From: an uncultured Gammaproteobacteria bacterium
Lineage (GTDB): Bacteria > Patescibacteriota > Microgenomatia > Levybacterales > GWA1-39-11
Assembly: GCA_964394645.1 (NCBI GenBank)
Contig: CAYMYC010000004.1
Location: forward strand, 1,258 to 65,257
Length of the DNA: 64,000 bases
Direction: 5' to 3'
This document shows, piece by piece, positions 20,430-29,742 of this stretch. Position numbers and translations under genes: made by a program. How positions within the stretch are numbered: the first letter of the stretch is position 1; each line of letters opens with the position of its first letter. Under the pieces are notes generated by a model that worked only from the letters and a program-made list of their open reading frames with translations, was not told the DNA's origin and did not search any database.

Positions 20430-21284
20430 ATGTATAATGTCTGTATGGAATTATCAGGCAGAGTTCTTTCAGGACAAGTCTTGCAGGGAGTAAAAGAAAA
20501 AGTAGCAAAGCTTGCACAAAAAGGTATTATCCCAGAGTTAGCAATTATTACAGTAGGAACAGAAGAAGCATGGCTATCTTATGTTTCTCAAAAAATAAAG
20601 ACGGCTGAGCGTCTAGGTATAAAAACTTTTTTAACAAATTTGTCTTCAAAAAGCGAGGATGATCTGGTAAATGCTATACAAAAACTAAATAAAAACACCA
20701 ACATTCACGGCATTATAGTTCAACGCCCTATACCTTATGCACATACCAGAGAACGGATAGTAAACAGCATTGAAAAAGTGAAAGATATTGATGGATTTAG
20801 ATCCGATTCGTTATATATTGTTCCAGTATTGCTTGCTGTACAACATTTTATCAGAGAAGCATATGGAGTGATAACAGCCTCAGACTTTAAAAAAGTGTTG
20901 ATAAATAAAGCCGTTTGTGTGGTGGGGAAAGGGGAAACTGCTGGAGAACCAGTAATAAAATGGCTATCCACTCTAGGAGTAGCTTATACTATTATTGATA
21001 GCAAAACAAAAAACCCCTGTCAAGAGTTAAAAAAGGCTGACCTTATAATTTGTGCTGTAGGAAAGAGTGGAGTAATAAAATCTACCTGCCTAAAACGTGA
21101 TGTGGTACTTATTGGTGTGGGAACACATAAAGAAAATGGGGAAATCACGGGAGACTATAACATTGAAGATATAAAAAAAGTGGCGAGCATGTGGACACCA
21201 ACACCGGGCGGAGTAGGACCATTAAACCTTTCATACCTTTTTCAGAATCTAGTAACTGCAGCTGAAATACAAAACAAAGCATGA
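20430..21284 (+). CDS. folD: bifunctional methylenetetrahydrofolate dehydrogenase/cyclohydrolase FolD
   Basis: AIITVGTEEA...IHGIIVQRPIPYA...GKSGVIK...PTPGGVGP are FolD motifs. The real start may be the Met at 20445. Confidence 0.85.
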   Translation: MYNVCMELSGRVLSGQVLQGVKEKVAKLAQKGIIPELAIITVGTEEAWLSYVSQKIKTAERLGIKTFLTNLSSKSEDDLVNAIQKLNKNTNIHGIIVQRPIPYAHTRERIVNSIEKVKDIDGFRSDSLYIVPVLLAVQHFIREAYGVITASDFKKVLINKAVCVVGKGETAGEPVIKWLSTLGVAYTIIDSKTKNPCQELKKADLIICAVGKSGVIKSTCLKRDVVLIGVGTHKENGEITGDYNIEDIKKVASMWTPTPGGVGPLNLSYLFQNLVTAAEIQNKA

Positions 21285-21298
21285 GTATCCTAGAGTAA

Positions 21299-22612
21299 TT
21301 GCATGCCTCGATTTTTTCTTGTCAAAACTATACAATAAGAAATATGGGTCCACGAATCAAAAATATTTTTTTCTTCCCAATCGCTCATTACTTTGCCTTT
21401 TTTGCAGCTATAAGATTGAAAAAATGGCACCCAAGAGTAATAGTAATTACAGGATCAACTGGTAAAACTACACTGTTTGCACTTGTTGAATCGCAACTGG
21501 GGAACATTGCTCATTACTCACACCACGCAAATTCCGCAATAGGGATACCTTTTGATATTCTAGATTTACACAGAAAAACGCTAAAACCTATAGAATGGGT
21601 ATCTCTTGTTTTTAAAGCTCCTATTCAATCATTCAAATCACCTTATTCACAAAAACTATATATTGTCGAGTGCGATGCTGATAGACCTGGAGAAGGAAAA
21701 TTTCTTGCAAAACTCTTGCAACCTGAGGTAACTCTATGGATATCATCCGCAAGAACCCACAGCATGAATTTTGACAGACTGGTACCAAACACTTTTAAAA
21801 ACGTTGAGGAAGCAATCGCATATGAGTTTGGCTATTTTATTGAAAAAACATCTTCACTTTCCATAGTCAATGGCGACTCAGAGCTTATGCAGAGGCAGCT
21901 TAAGAGAACAAACGCAACAATTGAAAAAGTCACGATAAAAAACCTTGATAATTACTATGTTTCAAACGGCGGTACCGCTTTTAGCCTAAAAGGGACAAGG
22001 GTTAAACTTAAAGCACTGCTCCCAAAAGAAATCTTTTACTCACTTCAAATGACAAAAATGTTATGCGATTACTTGCAGACAGCTTTTGATCCTTCTTTCC
22101 CTGATCTTAAACTTCCCCCGGCCAGAAGCTCGCTCTTCAGGGGTATAAAAAACATTACCATAATTGATTCAACATACAATGCAAATTTTTCTTCTATGTA
22201 TGCAATCGTTACCATGTTTAACGCATATCCCGCAAAACAAAAATGGATTGTGATCGGTGACATGCTTGAACAAGGCAAGGAAGAAATGGAAGAACACGAA
22301 AAACTTGCAGAACTACTACTTGAACAGGACTATAAAAGAATAGTACTCCTTGGACCAAGGGTGAAAAAATATACCTATCCCAAAATGCTTGAAAAGCTTC
22401 CAAAAAATACTCCAATTGCTGTATTTGAGAACCCTAAAGATGTATTAGTGCATCTTCAAGAAAACATACGAGGAGGAGAAACTATTCTTTTTAAAGGAGC
22501 AAGGTTTTTAGAGGGAGTAATTGAGAACCTCTTGCTTGACAAGAAAGAGAAATCAAAGCTAGCTCGCAGAGAAAAAGTTTGGGAGGAACGGAGAAAAAAA
22601 TGGGGGCTTTAG
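21299..22612 (+). CDS. Mur ligase family protein, MurF-like with truncated N-terminal domain
   Basis: VIVITGSTGKTT P-loop about 50 aa from the N-terminus. IIDSTYNANFSSMYAIV...WIVIGDMLEQG resembles the MurF C-domain (DDSYNANP...VLGDMLELG). Hydrophobic N-terminus. Confidence 0.55.
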   Translation: MHASIFSCQNYTIRNMGPRIKNIFFFPIAHYFAFFAAIRLKKWHPRVIVITGSTGKTTLFALVESQLGNIAHYSHHANSAIGIPFDILDLHRKTLKPIEWVSLVFKAPIQSFKSPYSQKLYIVECDADRPGEGKFLAKLLQPEVTLWISSARTHSMNFDRLVPNTFKNVEEAIAYEFGYFIEKTSSLSIVNGDSELMQRQLKRTNATIEKVTIKNLDNYYVSNGGTAFSLKGTRVKLKALLPKEIFYSLQMTKMLCDYLQTAFDPSFPDLKLPPARSSLFRGIKNITIIDSTYNANFSSMYAIVTMFNAYPAKQKWIVIGDMLEQGKEEMEEHEKLAELLLEQDYKRIVLLGPRVKKYTYPKMLEKLPKNTPIAVFENPKDVLVHLQENIRGGETILFKGARFLEGVIENLLLDKKEKSKLARREKVWEERRKKWGL

Positions 22613-23298
22613 AGAAAAAAATATACATATTACATGGATGGACAACTGACATTACCCGTTGGGATCCTTTTCTTGCTGAATTGAAAAAATTAAAAATTAC
22701 GCCGATTCTTCTTCCTATTCCTGGGCTCACTGCACCACTTGATCGACCATGGAATATTGATGATTATGTTCAGTGGCTCTATGAAATCGTCAACAAGGAG
22801 CCAAAAATTGCACTCCTTGGACATTCCAATGGAGGAAGAATTGCCCTTTCCTTCGCAATTAAATACCCAGAAGAAATTAACCAATTATTTTTACTAGATA
22901 GCGCTGGAATATACCATAATGACTTTATATCACGCACGAAGCGAAATGCATTCCGAACTATTTCTAAGTTTGGAAAGAAGTTCACCAATAGCTCATCTGC
23001 TAAAAATTTACTATATAAATTAGCACAGGAGTCAGACTATAAAAACGCTAATTTAATACAGCAAGAAACAATGAAAAAACTTGTTGCAGTTGATCTACTT
23101 CCAAAGTTGTCTGAAATAAAAACTCAAACATACATAATCTGGGGGAAAAACGACCAGGTGACACCTTATACTGACGCGCTTATTTTAAAATCAGGCATAC
23201 AAAACTCAAAACTTTTTACCATCCCTGAAGGTACACACTCGCCACAATTTACCCACACATCCGAAGTTGTTAATATTATAAAGGAGAATCTGGTTTGA
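22579..23298 (+). CDS. alpha/beta-fold hydrolase
   Basis: GHSNGG nucleophile elbow, YILHGWTTD N-terminal strand, C-terminal His (EGTHSPQ). Confidence 0.6.
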   Translation: MGGTEKKMGALEKKIYILHGWTTDITRWDPFLAELKKLKITPILLPIPGLTAPLDRPWNIDDYVQWLYEIVNKEPKIALLGHSNGGRIALSFAIKYPEEINQLFLLDSAGIYHNDFISRTKRNAFRTISKFGKKFTNSSSAKNLLYKLAQESDYKNANLIQQETMKKLVAVDLLPKLSEIKTQTYIIWGKNDQVTPYTDALILKSGIQNSKLFTIPEGTHSPQFTHTSEVVNIIKENLV

Positions 23299-24470
23299 AC
23301 ATCTTCAATTCACTTGGATCAAACTATACACTCACATTCGTATTAAGAAGTTTAAGAAAGAGTGACGCAAGCTCTCGAAACACACTCTCACACTATCTTC
23401 AAAAAAAATATGGCGGTGAAGTTGTTCTCACACACAAGGGAAGAGATGCAATAGGAATTGCTCTCAAGGAACTTTTCCTCCCTTCGGAAAGCAGGATAGC
23501 AGTAACTGGATTCACCTGTATCGCAGTCATAGAGTCAATTGAGAAATTGAACCTAACTCCCTATTATTTAGATATAGATGAGAAAACATTAAACTTTACA
23601 GGTAAGGAGCTTGAGAAAGCAGTGATGAAGGAAAACATTAAAGCTGTTATTATACAAAACACTTTAGGGTATCCTTGTGACATAGAAAAAATTCAAAGTG
23701 TGTGCAAGAAACACCATATTATACTTATTGAAGACCTTGCACATTCCATAGGTGCAATTTACAAAAACGGGAAGGAGGCAGGAACTATGGGGGATTTTAC
23801 TGTCTTATCTTTTTCCCAAGATAAAGTTATTGATAGCATATCAGGGGGAGCGGTGGTAGCAAGAAAACAAAGCATAAAAAGTACCTTAGAGAAAAAAGGC
23901 AAAGAGGATGTTATCGAAAAAATATACCCACTTATAACATGGGCTATACGGAAAACATATCCAATAAAGCTCGGGGTTTTATTACACATCGCAAGCAAGA
24001 AACTAAAGCTCCTATCTGATCCAATGAAATACTCAACTAATCCAGGGTTAACATCATGGCATGCGAGTCTAATACTTTCTGGTTTTAACTCGCTTACTGA
24101 AACAATTCAACACAAAAGAAAAATAGCACAAATTTACGCTGAATATCTTCCTGAATATGTACAGTCAAATGAACTTTCAAAGCTTATATCTATTGGAACA
24201 AACTTGAGATTCCCAATTTTTATTAAAAACAGAAACGAACTTACAAAGTATCTTCAATCGAAAGGGGTGTATATTTCTGATACTTGGTATGATGCGCCCG
24301 TTGCTCCTAAAAAATACCTTGGACTTGCCCGATACCCAAAAGATACTTGTCCTACATCTCAAAGAATTGCAGATAAAATCATGAATCTTCCAACAAACAT
24401 AAACATTTCTGAGAAAAACGCTCGCGAATTATCTAGGTTAATAACTGTATGGTTACAACAAAACAAATAA
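23295..24470 (+). CDS. DegT/DnrJ/EryC1/StrS-family PLP-dependent aminotransferase
   Basis: Fold-type I architecture with SFSQDKVIDSISGGAVV, the Lys-containing motif typical of sugar aminotransferases. Start overlaps the upstream gene. Confidence 0.7.
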   Translation: MNIFNSLGSNYTLTFVLRSLRKSDASSRNTLSHYLQKKYGGEVVLTHKGRDAIGIALKELFLPSESRIAVTGFTCIAVIESIEKLNLTPYYLDIDEKTLNFTGKELEKAVMKENIKAVIIQNTLGYPCDIEKIQSVCKKHHIILIEDLAHSIGAIYKNGKEAGTMGDFTVLSFSQDKVIDSISGGAVVARKQSIKSTLEKKGKEDVIEKIYPLITWAIRKTYPIKLGVLLHIASKKLKLLSDPMKYSTNPGLTSWHASLILSGFNSLTETIQHKRKIAQIYAEYLPEYVQSNELSKLISIGTNLRFPIFIKNRNELTKYLQSKGVYISDTWYDAPVAPKKYLGLARYPKDTCPTSQRIADKIMNLPTNINISEKNARELSRLITVWLQQNK

Positions 24471-25462
24471 CAAATAGGGGAGAATGGGAAAGCTTCCTAG
24501 AAAAACATCCAGAAGCAAATTTTCTTCAAAGTTTTGCTTGGGGAGAATTTCACAAGTCACTAGGACACAAAATTTTTCGTTCTGGGTTTTATGATAAAGG
24601 ATTGTTATGTGGTGTCATGCTCTCAATTACGGAGCGTGCACGTCGGGGAACATATCTTACAATACCCGCTGGTCCCATCATTGACCTTAGTCAAAAGATA
24701 TATGCAAACGCGTTTATAAAAGAAATTAAACGAATAGGCAATGAGAATTCTTGTGCTTTTATTAGAGTACGACCACAACTACTGTCAACCCTCACCTCAA
24801 TACAGCTCTTTAAAGCATTAGGCTTCAAAAATGCCCCTATGCACCTCCATGCTGAGTTAACAAATCAACTTGACATAACAAAAACAGAGAACGAACTTTT
24901 TTCCTCAATGAGAAAAGGCACCCGCTATGAAATAAGAAAAGCACAAAAATTAGGAATAGAAATTTCAGAAAGTATAAACCCAGATGATATAGAAATGTTT
25001 TATCAGGTACAAATTTCGACAGCAAAACGCCAAGATTTTGTTCCTTTCTCTAAAAATTTTCTAAAAACTCAGTTTAAAATTTTTGCGAAAGAAAAAAGCG
25101 CTGTCTTATATTCTTCATTTTTTGAAGGTAAACTCCTCTCTCAAGCGTTTGTAATTTTCTATGGCAAAGAAGCAGTGTATCATTATGGGGCATCAACTGA
25201 AAATGGAAGAGAGTATCCTGGTGCATATCTTCTTCAATGGCACGCGATACAAGAAGCCAAAAAAAGAGGGATCACACGGTATAATTTTTGGGGAGTTGCA
25301 CCTTCAACACGCCACAGATTTTCAAATTTATCTCTTTTTAAAAGAGGATTTGGCGGAATGGATGTTAAATATCTCCACGCACAAGATCTCGTATTAAACT
25401 ATCCAAAATACCTTCTAAATCTTTCTATAGAACTTATAAGAAAAAAGATTAGAAGGGTATAG
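24449..25462 (+). CDS. FemAB-family peptidyltransferase (peptidoglycan branch/bridge formation)
   Basis: FLQSFAWGEFHKSLGHK and HYGASTENGREYPGAYLLQWHAIQEAKKRGITRYNFWGV match the FemX/FemAB (PF02388) consensus, in a GNAT-like duplicated fold. Confidence 0.6.
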   Translation: MVTTKQITNRGEWESFLEKHPEANFLQSFAWGEFHKSLGHKIFRSGFYDKGLLCGVMLSITERARRGTYLTIPAGPIIDLSQKIYANAFIKEIKRIGNENSCAFIRVRPQLLSTLTSIQLFKALGFKNAPMHLHAELTNQLDITKTENELFSSMRKGTRYEIRKAQKLGIEISESINPDDIEMFYQVQISTAKRQDFVPFSKNFLKTQFKIFAKEKSAVLYSSFFEGKLLSQAFVIFYGKEAVYHYGASTENGREYPGAYLLQWHAIQEAKKRGITRYNFWGVAPSTRHRFSNLSLFKRGFGGMDVKYLHAQDLVLNYPKYLLNLSIELIRKKIRRV

Positions 25463-25534
25463 TGGCAAGATACAATTCATTGCATTCTACAATTTCACCT
25501 TGACAGTATTTATTTTCTGATATAAGCTAGTATA

Positions 25535-26305
25535 GTGATCAAAAACTTTTTTAAGAATTATTTACTAGCCCCAATTTGCTATATTGTACTTATACTACTT
25601 ACTCTTTTCATTTTAAACCAGTTCTCATATTTTAATATTTCTTTGAGCTCAAGCAATAATTACAACACTTTTGAAGTAATTGGAACTGGCAAGGTAACTA
25701 CTGCTCCAAATATAGCAACAACAATATTTACTATAGAAGAAAAGGGTACGACACAAGAACAAGCTAAGAATTCTGCAAATGCAAAACAAAACTTGGCAAT
25801 AAAAGACTTAATAGCCTTAGGCATTCCAAAATCAAATATAAAAACAACTGGCTTTTTTGTTAACCCATACTATGAGGATAAGACTCTAGCATTACAACTA
25901 CCTGCAAGGCAGGTACAACAGGGTTATATTGCAACAGTCACAACACAAGTTAAAGGAGAAAATGTTGACCAAATAAATAAAGCAATTGATAAACTTACAA
26001 CACTAGGAATAAATGTTGGTGGGGTAGAGTATCAATACAAAGATAAGCAACAATATGTAAATGAGGCACAAATTAAGGCAATTGCAAACGCCAAGGAACA
26101 GGCACAAAATATTGCAAATGCAGCAGGATTTAAGCTAGGTAAAATTATGACTGTCAGAAACGCAGCAAACGACTGGCAATACCAACCAGATTCTTCAGAA
26201 TCAATGACTTTGAATAAGTCTGTTTCTGACACAAATACTCAACTTCAACCTGGAGAAAATGAAATTACTTCTCAAATGGGAGTTACCTACTACATTAAAA
26301 ATTAG
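25535..26305 (+). CDS. SIMPL (DUF541/BP26-like) domain periplasmic/surface protein
   Basis: N-terminal TM or signal, then FEVIGTGKVTTAPNIATTIFTIEE...GFFVNPYY...GYIATVTTQVK, the SIMPL pattern. Confidence 0.6.
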   Translation: MIKNFFKNYLLAPICYIVLILLTLFILNQFSYFNISLSSSNNYNTFEVIGTGKVTTAPNIATTIFTIEEKGTTQEQAKNSANAKQNLAIKDLIALGIPKSNIKTTGFFVNPYYEDKTLALQLPARQVQQGYIATVTTQVKGENVDQINKAIDKLTTLGINVGGVEYQYKDKQQYVNEAQIKAIANAKEQAQNIANAAGFKLGKIMTVRNAANDWQYQPDSSESMTLNKSVSDTNTQLQPGENEITSQMGVTYYIKN

Positions 26306-26335
26306 CTTCTTTTTTAACTTTTAACGCTTTTTTTA

Positions 26336-26614
26336 TTATTTTCGGGGCTTCTCGTGTTCTTCGTATGAACCGAAATCACTATGGGGATATCTGGGTATAG
26401 ATGCGTCATGAATAATAGTATTAGGAGTTGCGTCAAAAATTACTTCCTTTTTTGTTTCTATGGATTCAGGTGTCGACTTTTTTTCCGTTAAGAGAACTGA
26501 ATCCTTCTGTCCTGTACCAACAGCAGCCAGTGGCGAAAGCGCGGCAGCTAAACCAACTGCTGATACGCCCCCTAACGCTAGTCTTCTAACAAATTGCCTC
26601 TCTTTAAAATTCAT
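26336..26614 (-). CDS. small secreted protein with twin-arginine-like signal (hypothetical)
   Basis: MNFKERQFVRRLALGGVSAVGLAAALSPLAAVG. GC-rich codons. An alternative plus-strand ORF overlaps it, so the call is uncertain. Confidence 0.3.
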   Translation of the reverse strand: MNFKERQFVRRLALGGVSAVGLAAALSPLAAVGTGQKDSVLLTEKKSTPESIETKKEVIFDATPNTIIHDASIPRYPHSDFGSYEEHEKPRK

Positions 26615-26684
26615 AGTACTATTCTACATCAATTTTATGCATTCAGCAAAATATAATCAGAATTATGATGATTATTAGTTTAAT

Positions 26685-27656
26685 TTAACGGTTTTTCTGA
26701 TGAAACTTTTTATGAACTTCTTTGAGTTGAGGGTTTGTTATATGTGTGTAGATTTGTGTAGTAGAGATATTTTTATGCCCCAACATTTCCTGAACGGACC
26801 GCAAATCAGCACCATTTGATAACAGATCTGTTGCAAAAGAGTGTCTCATTGTATGCGGAGTTGCCTTAACAGGAATACGGGATGATTTGACATACCTTTC
26901 AACAATTCTCTCAATAGACCGAGGAGTTAACCTCATTTTTTCACCATTATTTTCTATACTAGGCGATTTTGCGTATCTAATAAATAAGGGCTTGAAGGTA
27001 TCCATTCGTACTTCTATGTACTTGGTGATCCAAAATACTGCTGATTCAGACAAAAACACAATTCTAGCTCTATTCCCTTTTCCTATCACCCCAAACTCGC
27101 GCGTCTTAAGATTCACAGAATCTCTGTTTAAACGTGTTAGTTCAGATACGCGTAAACCGGTTGAAAAAAGCATTTCTAAAATAGTCCTATCCCTTAGTCC
27201 TTTTTCCGACCCTGTATCAACGGAATTAAATAACTCTCTTAAATGGTTTATATCTAAAAACTTTAATGATCTAGATTCTGCCTTTGGAAGATCTATTCTT
27301 TCAGGGGCAAGTGTATTCTTGTCATTTCGTACTAAATACCGTAAACACGATCTAAGAGCGATAATGTGATAACTTTGAGTAATCCTCTTAAGCGTTAAGC
27401 CTTTCTCATCCGTCAAATTAGATAAATATACCCGGTATCTACGCACGACATCTGTTGTGATGCTAGCGATATCTCCTTTTTTTTCATACTTCTCAAACCA
27501 TACCCGAAAACGCTCAAGATAAAATTTATAATTACGTATAGTCAGCTTTGAGGAATTTTTTTCTATCTCCAAATATTCAAGAAATTGATTTATGTATTGT
27601 TCTAATTCACTTTTCACCGGCAGAGTAGGGTACAAACTATATTTTGCGACATACAA
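26685..27656 (-). CDS. xerC: tyrosine site-specific recombinase, XerC/XerD-like (TTG start)
   Basis: C-terminal HTMRHSFATDLLSNGADLRSVQEMLGHKNISTTQIYTH (R..H-R-Y catalytic tetrad region). N-terminal SAM-like core-binding domain (LSKLTIRNYKFYLERF). The first codon is TTG; there is no in-frame ATG until far downstream. Confidence 0.85.
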   Translation of the reverse strand: MYVAKYSLYPTLPVKSELEQYINQFLEYLEIEKNSSKLTIRNYKFYLERFRVWFEKYEKKGDIASITTDVVRRYRVYLSNLTDEKGLTLKRITQSYHIIALRSCLRYLVRNDKNTLAPERIDLPKAESRSLKFLDINHLRELFNSVDTGSEKGLRDRTILEMLFSTGLRVSELTRLNRDSVNLKTREFGVIGKGNRARIVFLSESAVFWITKYIEVRMDTFKPLFIRYAKSPSIENNGEKMRLTPRSIERIVERYVKSSRIPVKATPHTMRHSFATDLLSNGADLRSVQEMLGHKNISTTQIYTHITNPQLKEVHKKFHQKNR

Positions 27657-27669
27657 AACTGTATGTCAA
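27641..27669 (+). repeat. TGCGACATA-core motif copy 1, with palindrome CATACAaaacTGTATG; overlaps xer start codon
   Basis: TTTTGCGACATACAAAACTGTATGTCAAT. Core TGCGACATA at 27645-27653. Confidence 0.5.
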
Positions 27670-27755
27670 TGGTTATCCATTCCCCTCAAAATTTTTGATT
27701 ATAGATTTATGAAAAAATGTAACTTAAAAAAATATTTCTGATTTTCATCGAGTAA

Positions 27756-27792
27756 AGTAATATTATGCGACATAAACATTCATAACATTACT
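27756..27792 (+). repeat. TGCGACATA-core motif copy 2, flanked by imperfect 12-bp inverted arms (AGTAATATTATG ... CATAACATTACT)
   Basis: Core TGCGACATA at 27766-27774. The arms are separated by a 13-nt spacer. Confidence 0.5.
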
Positions 27793-28357
27793 GATTTGGA
27801 TGGTGCTTAGTTTTGCAAAAGCACTATATTTTCCGAGACGCTTCTGCAGTAAAAAAAGATGTATCAGTATTAGTATGTAAATAAAGAATGAATAAATTCA
27901 GTTTCAGCATGTAGCGGCACCTCATCGTTTTCAATTGCTTGATAAATAAAATATGCAACTGCAATTGCGTTTTTTTTATTCCTTGGATCAGAGAATGTTT
28001 CAGCAACCAATCTCATCTGATCATATGCTTCCTTTGTTATTCCTTGATTGTATACTCAACTATGACACTTGTAAACTAGCCCTTCCAGAATGCGATTCTA
28101 GAGGTTTTTTATGAAAGAGATGTGTATAGAGTAATCTGCATTTTATACATACAACACAGCATTCTATAAAATCTACGTGAAAAATGAATTTATATTTACG
28201 AACCTATAGTGAGAGTATTTTTACGTCTTTCATTTGAAGGGGATATAAGAACAATTCAAATCTTCAAAAATTGTAAAAACTTAATAAGATAATTAAATAA
28301 AGTGAGGTATAAACATAGTAAGGTACTCTTCCGCACATTTGATATCTATGTCGTAAA

Positions 28358-28393
28358 AGTATTATTGTGCGACATAACAATGTCACTATGTAC
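28358..28393 (+). repeat. TGCGACATA-core motif copy 3 (GTGCGACATAA-CAATGT-CACTATGTACC; dif-like arm/spacer/arm layout)
   Basis: Core at 28368-28376. The left arm GTGCGACATAA resembles the E. coli XerC-arm GGTGCGCATAA with one insertion. A 6-nt spacer is followed by ..TATGT.. Confidence 0.45.
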
Positions 28394-28929
28394 CAAGCGA
28401 GAGCATAAGCTAAATATCATCTTATAAATAACACCTAATAGAGCCACAAAAAATTGCTATAAATTTAATGCTGAGGCTATTTTAACCTCTCCCCCTAAGA
28501 GAAGTAGACAAACTACCTGAATTCCGTGAAAATAAGTAGTTTCACCACTGCTAATAGGGTGAAAAAGGGTTAATAAATCAATCTTTTCTTAGCATTTTAG
28601 GTTCAAAACACCACTCTATGGCAGAGGTTATATACATAAAAAGGGTTTCGTATTTTTTTCGTTTCAGTTCATTCTAACTTGGGTTATCAGTCAAACTTGC
28701 TCACCAACACAACTAGGCAGAGTCGTGAAAAGTCATGCTCATAGTTTTATCATATATTCACGGCTATTTTGAGGCGGGTGAAAAGTTTTTTACAGAAGCT
28801 ATACTTATCCACATTTAATTATTATAGGATATAATTTAACATATATCAAACTATATCATTTGAGGCTAATTATCAGTATTACTCCTCTATTCCACCTTCC
28901 TGTTTACGATAAAAAAAATTTAAATCATA

Positions 28930-29742
28930 CTAGGCTCCCCATTTTGAGAAAACCAATAGGAATAAAACTGACAATACGCCAACCCAAACATACTCCCATA
29001 AAATACCCTTAAAGAGTCGTTTCTCAAGCCATGCGTGCGATAAGCCTGAATATGTATAAAATATGCCTGTTAAAAAGATTGCATAAATAGATGCACTAAC
29101 TGGCCATATAGATAAAGCGAAAGCAAGCTCAATCATCATTATTGAAATTCCCGCTGAAAAAAGAAGCACCTCTCTATTCCCCTCTCTCGATTCAGAATAT
29201 GACCACAAAAATTGTGTCGCCATTAAATAAGAAATTGAACCTACCAAAAAAGGTGTTACATACAAAGGCAATCTTAGTGAAAAAATAATACTAAACATGA
29301 AGAATAATACAAAAATGGTTATTACAAAAGAAACAATACGAGCTGATCTGAGTAAATTTATTGTTCGCAGTGTAGAAATAGCAAATATATTCTGTGTTAA
29401 AAATAAGGAATAGGCACCAAATGAAAAAATAAGCGTCAAAAGTATGCGCGTTAAAAACCGTGAAGGAATAAGTGAATAGAATAAACTGAAGGATAAGGTG
29501 TAAAAAAATGGAAGAATAAAAATCGGAAGTAAATATGATTTCTTATTTATATCTTTACGTAAAATAAGATAGAGAAAAAAAACAGTTAGAGTAGCCAAAA
29601 CTAAGGACAAAAAAATAATAATTCCACCTGAGAAAAGTTCTGAAAAATATACAGCTACTGAAAGACTAAAAACACATAACACAAATTTTCCACGTTTTGT
29701 AAGAGAAATTTTGTTCTTTGTATTTAACTTAAATGACTTCAC
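28930..29742 (-). CDS. polytopic integral membrane protein (unknown function)
   Basis: About 7-8 predicted TM helices. Overlaps the ruvC stop by 4 nt, so is likely co-transcribed with ruvC. Confidence 0.5.
   Translation of the reverse strand: MKSFKLNTKNKISLTKRGKFVLCVFSLSVAVYFSELFSGGIIIFLSLVLATLTVFFLYLILRKDINKKSYLLPIFILPFFYTLSFSLFYSLIPSRFLTRILLTLIFSFGAYSLFLTQNIFAISTLRTINLLRSARIVSFVITIFVLFFMFSIIFSLRLPLYVTPFLVGSISYLMATQFLWSYSESREGNREVLLFSAGISIMMIELAFALSIWPVSASIYAIFLTGIFYTYSGLSHAWLEKRLFKGILWEYVWVGVLSVLFLLVFSKWGA

Noticed and set aside
27657-28929. Considered whether the long AT-rich ORF-free region is oriC, because gyrB is nearby and there is a perfect DnaA box TTATCCACA at about 28805-28813.
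   Set aside because: Only one perfect box is present and no additional 1-mismatch boxes could be found. No dnaA or dnaN lies in the window, and the adjacent gene is a Xer recombinase, which is more typical of terminus or dif regions. Left as unresolved rather than called.
27657-28929. Looked for RNase P RNA or tmRNA in the coding desert.
   Set aside because: Hallmark motifs are absent on both strands. RNase P P4: AGGAAAGUCCGGGCUCC and ACAGAANCCGGCUUA. tmRNA T-arm: GGUUCGAAUCC. Only a partial resemblance was seen (GUGAAAAGUCAUGCUCAUAG), and it sits in the wrong order relative to an AGGGUGAAA match.
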